This document shows, in pieces, positions 26,186-40,575 of a stretch of 64,000 nucleotides of DNA. The notes under the pieces were generated by a model. It saw only the letters and a list, made by a program, of their open reading frames with translations, did no database searches and was not told the DNA's origin. Each line of letters opens with the position of its first letter. Positions within the stretch are counted from its first letter, which is position 1. Both the position numbers and the translations under genes were made by a program. The stretch is from Laetmonice hystrix (lineage: Eukaryota), in NCBI GenBank assembly GCA_965235115.1, contig OZ249448.1:18972001-19036000 (forward strand), written 5' to 3'.

Positions 26186-28877
26186 GCAATGATGAAGAAG
26201 ATGTTGGTGTTCAACGAGAGACCTGAGAAGGTGAAGGTTTGCGATACCGTCATCACAATGAATGGAACCTTCATGGAGGTGGAGACTGGGTACTTTTCTT
26301 ACAACATGTATACATGAGTGCCTCGACCTCCGTCCTTCCATCTGTGCATCCATCCACCCACCCATCAAGCCAGCTAGCCAACCATCCTCCACAAAAATTC
26401 ATGTTTAAATACAAATTCATGATTTCTCCACATATCACTTTTATATACATGATGTCTATATGCATGACGATTTTTTTTCAATCTCGACATTTTCACAACG
26501 GCCGATCCCTCCTTCAGTTGATAAATCGACCCGTTTTTTTCACATCTTTTCACAAATAGAAATCTCTTGTCTGTCGATTCTCTATCGGAATTGTCGGGTT
26601 GGGTTGTTAGGAGCTCATCAGTGTAATGATGAGCACACCGTTAGAGACTGGGGTCAGTGTGTGACCATTGTACACCCAGTATGCTAACCCTGCCCTCCCC
26701 TGTCACAGTCCGACTTCATTATCCCGCGCCCTGATGACAGTGGGTTCGCTGACCGACATACTCGTCGCATGTTCGGTGTCCGCTCCAGGCCAACCCTTCA
26801 TAGAAACTTCGCACACAATTGTCACAGACCTACCGCTCGTTAGATCCGCCCTCTAACGCCATGTCCACAATAGCTCATGTGATGTAAAAAGCTCTGTGGT
26901 TGTCAGTCAATTCATGACCAGTGGAGAGAGAGTGACAGCTAACGGTGGAGTTGGTCTCCACCACTTCACAGAGAGTGCCGTGAAAAATGTGCTGGACCTC
27001 ACGCACAACAAGCAACAAAAGACATCCATGGCGCCCGCTCCATTATACATGCTCCGACACACTAACAGGCATTTTAATGATGAGACGACGAGTCTTTGCC
27101 TAATTAGATTATGATCAAAGTACCCCGTCTACGTTCTTCTGGTTTAAACGTATTCTAAGGCTAACAAGTATCGACATAGTGAAAATCCTATATCAGTAAC
27201 AAGGTTAGAGTAACACATTACAGTATCACTGCGAAACGACACCGCCTCAAGAAGAGATTGACATTCAGAAAACTTTATGTGACACGACAGCGCAAGTATT
27301 TATCAAGTATTCAAACCAGGCTCCTCATTTGTTCGGTTTTCATATGATTCCATGACATAAAGTGGCAATGAACGCCACTGATGAAACATAAAAATACTGA
27401 CATACTGACCATAAAAACTTTCTCCTTATACCACTGATTGCTAATACATATGTATCAATATTTCACAGCGGGACTACGAATGTTTTACTGACTAGGACAG
27501 TTACCCGACTGAGTCGAGTTGACCAATAATACCCGATTGTTCAGAGGTTACAAATAGACACGGATCTTTCATTGTATAAGACACCTACGGTTCATAACAC
27601 CCGGTAAATGTAGCCTGATATGTATACGTGAGACCCTCGCTGACGTCCAGTTACGTGGATGTGACATTTGACGACATATATTGGCGGACAAGTCTGACTG
27701 ATACCTGTCAGAACGACTCCTACACAGTCGGATGTTCGTCACTGGGAGGGGCTGTCACTACACCAGACACCGGCACCGACAGTCAACGGTGGCTCCCTCT
27801 ATACACAGACACTGGAAACATCAATTACCTCAGGCAACGGGCCGTGTCGAACCTACAACCGAACTTACCCATCTCCTTCCATTACTTACTTAGGTTTAAT
27901 CAATTACGGTAATTAATCAAAATATAACCTAATATATACGTGAGAATATACATCAAAACTGTTGTTAAGAGTGATAATCCATGGATATTATAAAGGATAT
28001 AGACGTGATAGATTAAAGATTCGGGTTCACACAGATATTATAAAGTAATAAAGCACAGCTATGTCTCGCAGGCGTTTTGTATTGGCATGGCGTCTAAACG
28101 TCGTGGTTATCTGTCTCTCTGGTTGTCTAGCAACACCTACAAACTACCTTAGGTTAAATCAGCAATATTTTCCATGTCAGGTACAAAACCTTTCTATGGC
28201 CCTATCCCTGTATGTATTGGCTTTACTCTCTCCTTATTTAGCTCGGTAAACATTGTTACAGAGTGCACGGGTCAGCAGACTGAAACTTGTCCCCTCCAGG
28301 CCTGGGACAGTTGTACGATTTATCAACAGACTTTTCCAAACTACGGTTCCATTGACTTTTTGCCTGACCGGATCCAGATGAGTTCGAAAGCCCGACATTA
28401 ACAGAAACTCTGTGTGGCTCGGCACAGTATTAGCGAAATCTCTCACCTAAACACCAGAAAGGTTTCAAGATAAAGAAAAGATTACTACTTGTATCAAACA
28501 GTGCCATTCAGTGGCAGCTTTATACAGGATTAGATCGTCGGCTATGTGGATATGTTATAAAAGGTCTAAGTCTGTAGCCTCGAGTTGTGTCAACTTGTGC
28601 GGTTTGACTGGTAAAAGCTGGTGTAGGTGGTTGACGACCGTGTCGTTACGTACCTTCAGCCCCCGACCCCCGACCCAACACGCGTCCCTGACGGAAGCTC
28701 TTCTCTACTCCAAGAATATTGGCTCTTTGAAAGTTATCCAATGATTACTTTCTGGCGGCGAGTGTTTCTGATGTTGCTGACAAGGCTGGCTGTTTGATCT
28801 GAGCATGACTGTGGGGGAGGGGGGTAAGATAGGACCACACTGCCTACACTCTGCTTTATCCCTGACAAGTCGGAGCT

Positions 28878-28978
28878 CAATGACGCAGCCCCACTTACTT
28901 TAACACACACATAATGTGTGGACGGGCCCAATGACGCAGCCCACTTAATTTAACACACACATAATGTGTGGACGGGCC
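28878..28978. repeat. Tandem duplication of a ~50-bp segment
   Basis: caatgacgcagccc...acacacataatgtgtggacgggcc occurs twice. Confidence 0.9.
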
Positions 28979-29508
28979 TTCATTACGAACGCTGACACGT
29001 AGATATTTTTAAGCACTTCATCAGCAATGTTCTTCGTCCCAAACATATCAATGGGATGATAATAATTTAGGTTACTCTCACAGTATACAGTTCTATTGTT
29101 CTAATACCAACTTTCATTGACCAGTTTGGTGAGCGTTGCTCAAGGTAGACTTTCTGCTTAAGCAGCAAACTACAAGAGGCGTTTTTTTGTCCGTAAGCAC
29201 TGCCTTTGTTAATGTTGCTGCTGTGATGAGAACGTCCATTAACACCTGGCCCTCCTAACCATTGTGAGATGCCCCTGATTATCTAACGAGGTGAGGCTGT
29301 AACTAGATATTAACCCTTTATGAACCAAAGTCCCATATAGAACGTGAAAGATAGCGTAGTTTTCCTGACCAGTTAACTTTTTTTTGAATACTTTATTTTT
29401 CCAGGCAGTAAATGTTCAACCTACAACGGTTGATCTTCATATATCAAGAAAAGAGAAACTAGAGTTGTTGTGGAGGAATGCGCAAGGCAAGCCCAGTTTC
29501 AGACGGGG

Positions 29509-31066
29509 AGACACCTGTACCACAGACTTGGGTTTACCTGTACAATCACTGGATCACATCCTACAGCCGGTCATCAGTTACCAGACACCTGTACCACAGA
29601 CTTGGGTTTACCTGTACAATCAGTGGATCACATGCTATAGCCGGTCATCGGTTACCAGACACCTGTACCACAGACTTGGGTTTACCTGTACAATCAGTGG
29701 ATCACATGCTATAGCCGGTCATCAGTTACCAGACACCTGTACCACAGACTTGGGTTTACCTGTACAATCAGTGGACCACATCCTATAGCCGGTCATCAGT
29801 TACCAGACACCTGTACCACAGGCTTGGGTTTGCCTGTACAATCACTGGATCACATCCTATAGCCGGTCATCAGTTACCAGACACCTGTACCACAGACTTG
29901 GGTTTGCCTGTACAATCAGTGGATCACATCCTATAGCCGGTCATCAGTTACCAGACACCTGTACCACAGACTTGGGTTTACCTGTACAATCAGTGGATCA
30001 CATGCTATAGCCGGTCATCAGTTACCAGACACCTGTACCACAGAGTTGGGTTTACCTGTACAATCAGTGGATCACATCCTATAGCCGGTCATCAGTTACC
30101 AGACACCTGTACCACAGACTTGGGTTTACCTGTACAATCAGTGGACCACATCCTATAGCCGGTCATCAGTTACCAGACACCTGTACCACAGACTTGGGTT
30201 TACCTGTACAATCAGTGGACCACATCCTATAGCCGGTCATCAGTTACCAGACACCTGTACCACAGACTTGGGTTTACCTGTACAATCAGTGGATCACATG
30301 CTATAGCCGGTCATCAGTTACCAGACACCTGTACCACAGACTTGGGTTTACCTGTACAATCAGTGGATCACATCCTATAGCCGGTCATCAGTTACCAGAC
30401 ACCTGTACCACAGACTTGGGTTTACCTGTACAATCAGTGGATCACATCCTATAGCCGGTCATCAGTTACCAGACACCTGTACCACAGACTTGAGTTTACC
30501 TGTACAATCAGTGGATCACATCCTATAGCCGGTCATCAGTTACCAGACACCTGTACCACAGACTTGGGTTTACCTGTACAATCAGTGGATCACATCCTAT
30601 AGCCGGTCATCAGTTACCAGACACCTGTACTACAGACTTGGGTTTACCTGTACAATCAGTGGATCACATCCTATAGCCGGTCATCAGTTACCAGACACCT
30701 GTACTACAGACTTGGGTTTACCTGTACAATCAGTGGATCACATCCTATAGCCGGTCATCAGTTACCAGACACCTGTACTACAGACTTGGGTTTACCTGTA
30801 CAATCAGTGGATCACATGCTATAGCCGGTCATCAGTTACCAGACACCTGTACCACAGACTTGGGTTTACCTGTACAATCAGTGGATCACATCCTATAGCC
30901 GGTCATCAGTTACCAGACACCTGTACCACAGACCTGGGTTTACCTGTACAATCAGTGGATCACATGCTATAGCCGGTCATCAGTTACCAGACACCTGTAC
31001 CACAGACTTGGGTTTACCTGTACAATCAGTGGATCACATCCTACAGCCGGTCATCAGTTACCAGAC
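29509..31066. repeat. 74-bp minisatellite, 21 highly homogeneous copies
   Basis: agacacctgtaccacagacttgggtttacctgtacaatcagtggatcacatcctatagccggtcatcagttacc; 1554 bp / 74 = 21; unit is not a multiple of 3, so it is non-coding. Confidence 0.97.
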
Positions 31067-31076
31067 TCGGCTCACT
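31062..31076 (-). CDS. Candidate 15-nt micro-exon (SEPSL) at the edge of the 74-bp array
   Basis: Strong acceptor cattttttcttcttcctag, then AGT GAG CCG AGT CTG|gtaact; phase 0-0. Confidence 0.2.
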
Positions 31077-34000
31077 CTAGGAAGAAGAAAAAATGCTGTC
31101 ACTAATGAAAATGTCTAAACGAATGTGATGGATACACTTACCGAAGGCAGCTATGTGCGACGATTACAGATCCTTCCACGTAAAAATGACAAAACTAACA
31201 CGCAAAGTCATCTACTCTTTCAGTTTTTTTCTCCTCCTATCCGTCTAGAAATTATGCATTCTGTTTGAGATGGTGTTTAGATAAAATGCACAAGAATGGA
31301 AGAAACCATTCATGTAACATGAAATATGTCATTTAGCAGTTGGCATACTGCACCCTATCCCCTCTATAACCCTCATGAAGAAACAGGCGTTGTCATAAAA
31401 TACAAAGTCAGTCACAAAATCAAAAATAATACATCTCATATTACCCATCCGTTTGTACTACCTTTCTGGCTCTTCTATTGATTTGTTGGGAGTCAATCTT
31501 TTTCTTGATTCACGTAATAATGCAAACGGAATCTTCAAAGGAATCGTACATATTATATACAACTCATATGAAATTGTCTAAATGAAAAAAAAATAAACAC
31601 AGGTCGGCGCGGCGAGTGTCCTTCGACACGAAGTCGATGATGTTTAATATCTCAAATACTTCTCTCATTCTTCATTTATATATTTTTCCTTAATTTTAAG
31701 GAGGAAGCACAGACGATCTTTTATTTAAACTCAAACGTTCCGCATGGCGGGGTTCCATATATATTTAAATTTCATAAATCATCTTTTAATGTTTTTTTTA
31801 AAAGAGACAACCCATATTTACAGTTTGAAGGACTCTTGACGTTAGCCCTTTGACTAAGTGACACGCTGGTTAACAGCCAAAATATTTCGCAGGTCATGAC
31901 CCCTGCTCCTCATGTCTCCATGTCAATGTCGGCTGAGCATGCGCGGTTAGAAATAATGTGGTGGGTGGAATAGTTGAAACTCTCTAAGTGGCTCTTCCCA
32001 CCTCGGCGCTCTATGTCCTGAAGGAGCCGGGTGCCAGGAGACAGTGTTCTAACGGCTACAGACAGCCTTAATGGCCTTGTCAGACACGACCGTCCCACCT
32101 ACTACTTATACACGTCGTCCGACGACCTCACTCTCAATAAACCGGCGGGCAAACAGCACACTCTCAATACACGGTTTTATACTGCTTCTCTTTCAACTGA
32201 TAGATCTTCCCACAGGGCCAGGAGTGAAAATGATATTGGAGTAAAATGTCAGGAGATTTTTTTTTAAGGGGAATTGCTAGTTTAGTCCTAGTTTTTAGGA
32301 GTCCCTAATCAGTGCTGAAAGGCTTGCGTTTAAATAGCTAACACGCCCGCCTTATAACTAAAACACGTGCTCCATTAACTGTGAACTGCTCCTCAACCAA
32401 CGTCAGTAACAATCGGACGTCTATTGGAGATACCTTGGAGAACTGTCCATGGCAGTCTCAGATATCACTGTCAATTGTACACTCCAGCCCAAGTTGACTG
32501 AACTTTGATGTGAATGTCATATACAACAGACCAATGTGGTCCAGAGAACACACCAGTCATGCTGAGGTAGTGGTCAGTTTGGGATGACCACTGAACCCTG
32601 CAATTCTGCCCCAGTCAGCTGACCACCCACCCCCGACCACTCAGGTAAAGTGACCAGTAAATGACCAGTGGTGAAGCACCCCTCATCAGCCCAGCAGGTT
32701 TCTCACCATGTAGCTAAGTGTTCTGAATTCATCAAAGAGCATCGCTGGTTAATTAGAGGACATTTTGGCCAGGTGAGCCCAGGTGGGGATTCTCACAGCT
32801 GGGGACTCGTTACGTGGTGGGAAAATACGACATGGACACCACAGTGGGGCTGTCGGTACACTGAGTGATATCAGCTATTATACACTCAGACATATACAAT
32901 ATAGGGTGTGAATCAAGTACTTACAATAGCCCTTCTTACGTAACACATTAGTACTGGATATTTTGATTGAAATGAATTGTACACCACTTGAGATAGGCCA
33001 CAGTTTCCACGGTCGATTTGGTCAATACTAGGGTCCGGTTCATTTCAGCGCTTCCCGTGGACTCTGTCCCAGCACGTCACTGTGGTTTTATGTTTCATTT
33101 TGAATATTCACGTTTACCACACTGAAATTAATCATCTACTGCAACTTGGGCCTTCAGCTGCGAGAATTTCTTTCTCAAATTCAAGTCTGAAACGAACTGG
33201 TCAACTCTAACTATATCTGAGTGTTGACTTTTACAGTGCCCGAGACGATGACAGAGTCGCGTACCCAAACCATACGGCTAACACACTCGGCCTCACAGGC
33301 AACTTCCTCTCCCTGCCCATGTCATTACCTGAATTAAAAGGATGTAAATGCATTTTCAAAACATTATGAAATTTTATCTGTTTAGTGCAGGTTGAGTTTC
33401 TGATGGCAGGATGCTATTTTAGCAGGGCACCTTTCAAGCTGGCCCAGTAATCACGGGCGCACACACACCACACTACAGCCATTGACAAAATGGCCCACTT
33501 TGCTAGAGTGTTGTTATTTTCAACAAAATCCCTGAAACAAAGGCCTTATTGGAGGTTATTATGGCAAATGAGTAAAGCAGCCATTTCCTCTTGGGGATGT
33601 GTGCATTATGGTAGCTTTACAGAGACAAAAGAGGGTGTCTTTGGTCGGTAATTACTGGGCGAAGACAGCGTGAGCGGATTGCACGCCCTGTGGCTCAGGT
33701 CGTGCCAATATAACGGGATCAATGTCAGATATGATAGGAAAACTTCAAAAGGCCCCCAGGTTAATGACCCTCTGTTGAAATCCTACTTAAGGCAGAGGCA
33801 CTCTCCTCATCCCTCTAACTACACCGCGATTACCCCTCACTACACCCGCGCATAATTAAACTACGCCCGTTCAACGGCAGCCCCGCCTAATAACGGCCTG
33901 GCCCAAATTACAAGGAATTGTTGGAGGCGGTTTGCCGTGCTGACCTTGCCAAATTGCTGGCAAATTGCACACTCAGCAAACAGGCTGAAGAACTGCTGAA

Positions 34001-37000
34001 AGCTCCTTGCTCCAATTTGCACTAATTTGTTGCGATGTTTGTGCTGAAGCCAGGGATCGGCGAACGGGCCTGAGCCGCAATTAGGCTGCGTGTAGCGAGG
34101 ACGAGATTCCAGCAGGCAGGCCAGGCCCTGCCCCCTGTCTGTCTGCCTCCTGCCCGGGGTTCGAGCGGTTCCAGCGGTTCGAGCACAGCAATGCGAGACG
34201 GGCGGCGAGCTGACACCAAGACGTCAGGTCGCCCAGTCTCTGCACTACCACCCCCCCGTCTCCACGTCAGCACGTAGTCGTATGTAATGAACGTCAGACG
34301 CTGTGATTCTCCCGTCACTCCCCCTGACTGACCCCCTCTACCCCCCCCCCCCTACACTCCTGTCAATCGTGACTACACCACACCAGGCCGCCATTTTCTT
34401 GTCAGCGTCCCATCGAAAATTACAGCTGCCGGCGGTGGCGCTGCTCGGTCCCGGCATCGCTACTAATGAGCACGTCGCCAGGATGGCGCCAGGCGTCCAA
34501 GAATTCACAAGACAATATGTAATTATAATCACTGTCCATGTCGGTGGTAGTGATGCTCAACTCGCCCCGTGTGGCCGCCCCATGACAGCCCTGTCCGTCC
34601 ATGTCACTCGGCCTGTATCACCTTTCGGTCCGTAATTACAATAGCTTTCAAACCACAGCCCCAATCTGTCAAATTCACTCCAAACTTTCCGCAGCCCCTT
34701 CTCTGACACAGTTATCTCACAGCCAACTTAATTGCAGTCATTTTCTCTACTTTTCTTCAGAAAACTGGCCAAATGCTGATTTCTTGAATGGCATTTCAGT
34801 CAATTATTCACCATTTACGCGTGACTTGTGAGAGAATGGCTGATGTCGGGAGCTCTTACCGGCCGACAGTGAAAGCGCTGTTCATTGACAATCTCTGCCA
34901 ATTTCCTCACTCTTTGTCTTAGATTTTGCAAGAAAATGTGCAATTATGAGATATTAAGAAGACTTTTCCTGACGAGCGGCTCTCTCGGGGGAGGACCGGC
35001 TGACGGCTACCACAACACTTCCCCGAGCACATCTCTCAGTTGGCTCCCTAACCATATCAAATTGCCGCCAATTGTACATAGCCTTTCTATAATTCACACA
35101 CGTACTGTGACTTTTTCCTCTTTAGCTGCTCTTTAGTCGATGCTGGCAGTCATTTTTCCCCTCCAACTGTGCACTGATTCTGGCCGGGATTGCTGGGAAC
35201 TCCGGGCAGATAAAACAGAAGATGGGAAACTCTTTGTTATTGAATCGAGTGATTTGTAGTAATTAGGCTTAATGATCAAATCCGCCAGCTAACCTCATCA
35301 TGAATCACTCAACAAGCGAGCTCTCAGTCCTCCTCAACATCTGGCGAAACCTACAGCACTTCTTTAAGTCCGTAATGGAATTTACGGCTGCAAAAACATA
35401 CAGACTCTAGTGAAATCCCGTAAATACTACATGATGCCGTGTTGAGTTTTTCTCTTTCAAACTTCATTTGTTGTAATAGAATTAGAAATGGGATTCCCAG
35501 GATGAGCAACGTTTTCACGTTTGCAGCGTTCCCCTTACCAGGTCTTTGTATTTTCAGTAACAAGGTTTTAAATGTAAAAGGCTATGCAGAACCCAGCAGG
35601 ATTATACAGAATATTTTTCCACAAGAGTTTTAACCGAGGATTCTGGGCAGGCCGACTCGTCTGTAATGCTTGAATTTTTCCTACAAGTTCAGATGTGCGG
35701 TGGTTTAACGCCATTTCAACATCTATAATGTGTCAGGAAGCGTCCGTACAACCACTGACTGTGTAAGGTCCTCCCCCCTCTGTCATACTCCGCCTGACAG
35801 ACCCCCTCTGTATCTGTCATACCCCAACCTGACAGGTTTTACATGCCTGATCACCCTTACAGGTCTCCCAATACATCCTTCCATATTTACGGCTACATTG
35901 ATGTCAGCAGTTTCAGAAGATATACAGAATCTTTCCTAAGACCTAGGCCTACGCCTTCCAATGTATCTTCTTACTTTTGAACTTTTAACCTCAAACAAAG
36001 CCATTAAAATTTGAATATCTGAGAGGCAGCGCTCCGCCGCTGACTTGTGGGCCTTGTCGAGTCGTGCATACTAAACCTTGAGGACACCTTGATGGTTATC
36101 TAACGAAATAAAATGACTTGTTGTGACACTTATCCCCTCATCTACACTGTCACAGACTTTCACCTTTCCCTTGGAGTTGGACTGACAGGGGGGTTCTTCA
36201 TAACAACAACGATTCACTCATTTTCACTTTTTATGCTCTTTTCAGCAGTTCCCGTAGTGACCCGGGATAAAATAGGCCCCTTTCACTATTCAGTATTCTA
36301 ACTCTGTTTTCACCGTAAAGATGGTCTTAGATGCCGACACGGCGTAAAACCACCATTACTCGCTTACTCCTCACTTTGACTCTTTACTCCTCCTGAGTAT
36401 GGTCAGATGAGTAACGTAATATTGTTCTCATTATACATGTATACATGTATAGACCTTGCTGGGGTCCTTAGAATGGATCATCTTTTGTTTATATATCTCT
36501 CTCTGTCTAGTTGACATCATCATTACTTGGGGTCAGCTTGTTCCTGGTTAACTTATTATGAACTGATATTTTCATAATTGTGGGCCAATAACTGAAACAA
36601 TTTCTTCTTCAACAAAAAGAATTTAGACAAGTAAACAAACTTGTTGCACAATTCTACTACTGATATTCTAATGGTCGTAGTTGGTGGACATATCAGAAAG
36701 GTAATAATTAACATTGCAGAGCTCCATTTCCACGTGAGGTAGGGGCCCCTCCTATACAATGTAGTACTCAGTTATATCGAACATCCAAACTTCCGATTTG
36801 GTGGTACTGTTAGAAGACTTTTACCAAAAAAACTTTAAACTATATCCATGTAATGAAATTGACACACCCCAAAAATCGAGCATCATACTTTTTCCTATGG
36901 CAAAAGGTTCTCCATAGGAAAACATAAAGTTCCAAGTCCTTAATAATTTCCCTGTGCGGATAAGAAAGGTCCATCAACAAAGGGTCCTCAAGGCCTGAAT

Positions 37001-39859
37001 AAACAAAAACGGAAAGGTATTTGACAACGTTTCTCTAACTTTCCCTAAATCTGTGGTTAAGCCGCTTTGGGGGGTGAATTTGATAGAAGGTAAGAGGTGG
37101 TACGACAAAGGGAAGTTGGTGACACCTGTGGGATTTGTGCAGTGGGCCCGTCTTAACACCTAGGTTTGTGTTGACTCGGTGGTCAGATGTGAGTGACCGT
37201 GTTTGAACACTAATATTATGATACGGCGGTTGTAGGCTGTGTTGGTGTACATTCCCTGCTCGGTTGGCGGTGGTTGTAGCGTGGTGGCGGGATGGGGAAG
37301 GCCCGGTGACGCCCAACCCGGGTGTGGGTTTCGGGGTCAGCCGGCCAGTGAACAAAGTTCACGCCAGGAGGCGACAGCAGCGCTGGGTGCAGGCGCCGAC
37401 ACACAGACACGAAGGTGTCGCGTCTGTCACGACGTCACGACGTCACGTCAATCAGGATCCGCGCGCACACATCTGTCACACACCGGGCCCGCGTTCAATA
37501 ACACCAACCGCTCTTTCAACTTTTGTCTGACTTTCTCTCGTCGGTGTGTAGCGGCCACAATTTGCATATCTTTAGGGCTCACATCAGTGACATCTATGCT
37601 TGCATTCCTAGGCCAAACAATTCGCGGATTGCCCGCCTGGCTGTAGGCAAACAAAGGAGGTTCAGCGGTTATATACCACCTAAGGTATCACAACTGGTAC
37701 AAGACACAGTTTGACATCAGGGGTACCAACCTACCTGCTGTTTGGTGAACTTGTAAGAAACATTTTGATAAAAGTCTTCACTTCCTTTTCCTTGAACATC
37801 CAACTCATTATCTCAGTAACAATCCTAATATCCCCAACATCTCTGAAGAAGAAGACAATTTTACGATGTTTTATTCAACAAATAAACTCTTGTGACTTTA
37901 TTTGATAATAAAAGGAGAAAAAAACTCACAAAAACAGCCTGTTTAAAAACACACATCTAGTCATTTTATGACTGAAGTGGGGCAATGTCATGCAATCAAG
38001 CTGTGAGGCCATGTTTTACATTGACAGCTTCACAGTCCTGCCGCGACGATTTCATTCGTGCCTGCGTCATTAGGTTTAGTTATAGAGTTCACCATGACCC
38101 TTAACTCTTGTTTCAAAAAGTGGAAGATACGAGCAAGAAACTGTTCTATCGAATGATATTTTCACTCAATGTAACACGGGCAGATCCAGGAATCCTTTTG
38201 GGGGGGGGGGGGGGGGCAGAACCATCTGGCACAGCCCCCTGCCCTCGAGAGGGGGGCTGTCTCCAAGCTAGGGGCTCTCTCCATGATATCAGGATCAGCA
38301 TCCTTATTTTTTAAGAGACCAGATTTGGGTAGAAGGTCTATGAGGCTATGATGTGGTGTATGTAAGTGTCGGCCTCACTAAGCTTCCGAGACTGTGGGTA
38401 ACTTGGCGGTTCATTGGGAGGGAGCCATGGGTTCAGGGAGGGACGTGTAAGGGGCTCCTTGCTGAGATAAGTGCCCTCATCAGTGCGAAGTTCACTTATG
38501 AAGACCTTCAACACGGCTCGGTCTCTCAGAGTCCTATTGTGGTGGTCTGTTCCAATAGGAGGGTGTATAACGGAAGGCCACGGGAGGGCTTTGTGTGTGC
38601 CGCGTGTGGGGGCCGGGGATTGGGGAGGTCAGGGGTGGGGACGTACATGGGGGGTCGGCCCCACTCATCAATGGGTACAGTAGCGTGTTAATCGGAGGAG
38701 AAAATCACAGACACCAACTTCTAGTGAAAGGCGCCGTCAAGTCGGAAATACGACTAACAATCTGTGCGAACTGCTTCCAGTGGGCTACAAAAACAGCAAC
38801 CTAGATTTTCAGGGTATCAGGGCAGGAATATGATGTAATGTACTTTTACCCTGTTGTATTTTAATAAGGCACTGTATCATATTGTATCAGGGTCACACTG
38901 AAAAACAGCTGAATTAAAAAACTGAAACTCAAAACGCCGATTATTAAGAATAGCAGCATGCCCATTCCCCCTATTTGGTAATCTAATTTAATGAATTCAG
39001 TAATGAAACAAAAGTAAGGTGGGCATGTCAGAAAGTCTCGACCTTTGACCTCTGCAGTTGAAACCTATAGGTCGGAGTACAAGACCTTAGTAACCGGCTA
39101 ATGATAATCAGGCTGAGTGTTATGGCTTATCCAGCGCGCATCTAATGAGTCATATTGTGTGTTTCTGGTAATTCGGCAGGAGCGCAATGCTGATTGGCTG
39201 GAATCCCTGAAGCCGGAGTTTAATAACAGCCAGGCAGGGACCGGCCGGTGTGTGGGTGGGGTGGGGGGGGGGGGGCGGAGCGGGGGCCGGGCGGCAGTGA
39301 TGAATACGGCGGGAAACCTGGAGAGGCTGGGAGCCCGGCTGTCGTCACGTCACGTCGACCACTTGATTGGCTCGTTGATGGTATCAGTGAGCAGTGGCGA
39401 AAAATTCAATAAGTACGAATTCATTTGGGATGATTCTGAATGAAAAGGAGAGCATTTGGATGATGAAATTCTTCATCCCCCGAGATTAGGCCTGTGTTCG
39501 TTTTAATGAATATCCCAACTATGTAAGTGCCATAGAAATTGCCACGACTGGAGCATCAAACCGCTTGCATTGCAACTCTTAGGAGCAAACGATTTATCAT
39601 TTCTTTCCCATCCACATTACGCTGCAGACATCACTTTTTTGTCATAAGTCCTATACGAAGATTCCTTTTTTTTAAATGACCCTGTCTAAACCCGGTGACT
39701 TCATCTTACTCAAAGCTATATAACTACTATTTGTTATTTGTATATGAAAAATCAATAAATAATATACCATATATTAAGTATGTCGTTAACTGTTTTGCGC
39801 GAATTTGATCGGATTCCTATCACGCATGTATTCCTTTGACTGCAGCTATGGTTTGTTGT

Positions 39860-40575
39860 GAGGACACCCCAATACTGACCAGAACCAGCACACCATCGAG
39901 TCCTCAGCATTGTATCTCTCTCTATATGTAGAGTCGGGAAGGTACTGAGGACACCCCAATACTGACCAGAACCAGCACACCATCGAGTCCTCAGCATTGT
40001 ATCTCTCTCTATATGTAGACTCGGGAAGGTATTGAGGATAGCCCAATACTGACCAGAACCAGCCCGCCATCGAGTCCTCAGCATTGTATCTCTCTCTATA
40101 TGTAGAGTCGGGAAGGTACTGAGGACACCCCAATACTGACCAGAACCAGCACACCATCGAGTCCTCAGCATTGTATCTCTCTCTATATGTAGACTCGGGA
40201 AGGTATTGAGGATAGCCCAATACTGACCAGAACCAGCCCGCCATCGAGTCCTCATCATTGTATCTCTCTCTCTCTATATGTAGACTCGGGAAGGTACTGA
40301 GGACACCCCAATACTGACCAGAACCAGCCCGCCATCGAGTCCTCAGCATTGGATCTCTCTCTATATGTGGAGTCGGGAAGGTACTGAGGACATCCCAATA
40401 CTGACCAGAACCAGCCCGCCATCGAGTCCTCAGCATTGTATCTCTCTCTATATGTGGAGTCCCGAAGGTACTGAGGACACCCCAATATTGACCAGAACCA
40501 GCCCCCCCCCCCCCCCCCCATCGAGTCCTCAGCATTGTATTTCTCTCTATATATGGAGTCGGGAAGGTATTGACC
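39860..40575. repeat. 87-bp minisatellite, ~8 copies, with A/B alternation in the middle units
   Basis: gaggacaccccaatactgaccagaaccagc...agtcgggaaggtact at 87-bp spacing; variable (ct)n and a poly-C expansion in later units. Confidence 0.95.

Noticed and set aside
25827-26392. Poly-Leu, poly-Pro, poly-Ser and Glu-rich ORFs
   Set aside because: Explained by the (GGA)n low-complexity tract. The adjacent MMKKMLVFNERPEKVKVCDT segment could not be assigned to any family.
29509-31066. CRISPR-like appearance of the regularly spaced arrays (also 49946-51420 and 39860-40575)
   Set aside because: Whole units repeat head-to-tail with no unique spacers, there are no cas genes, and the context is eukaryotic.
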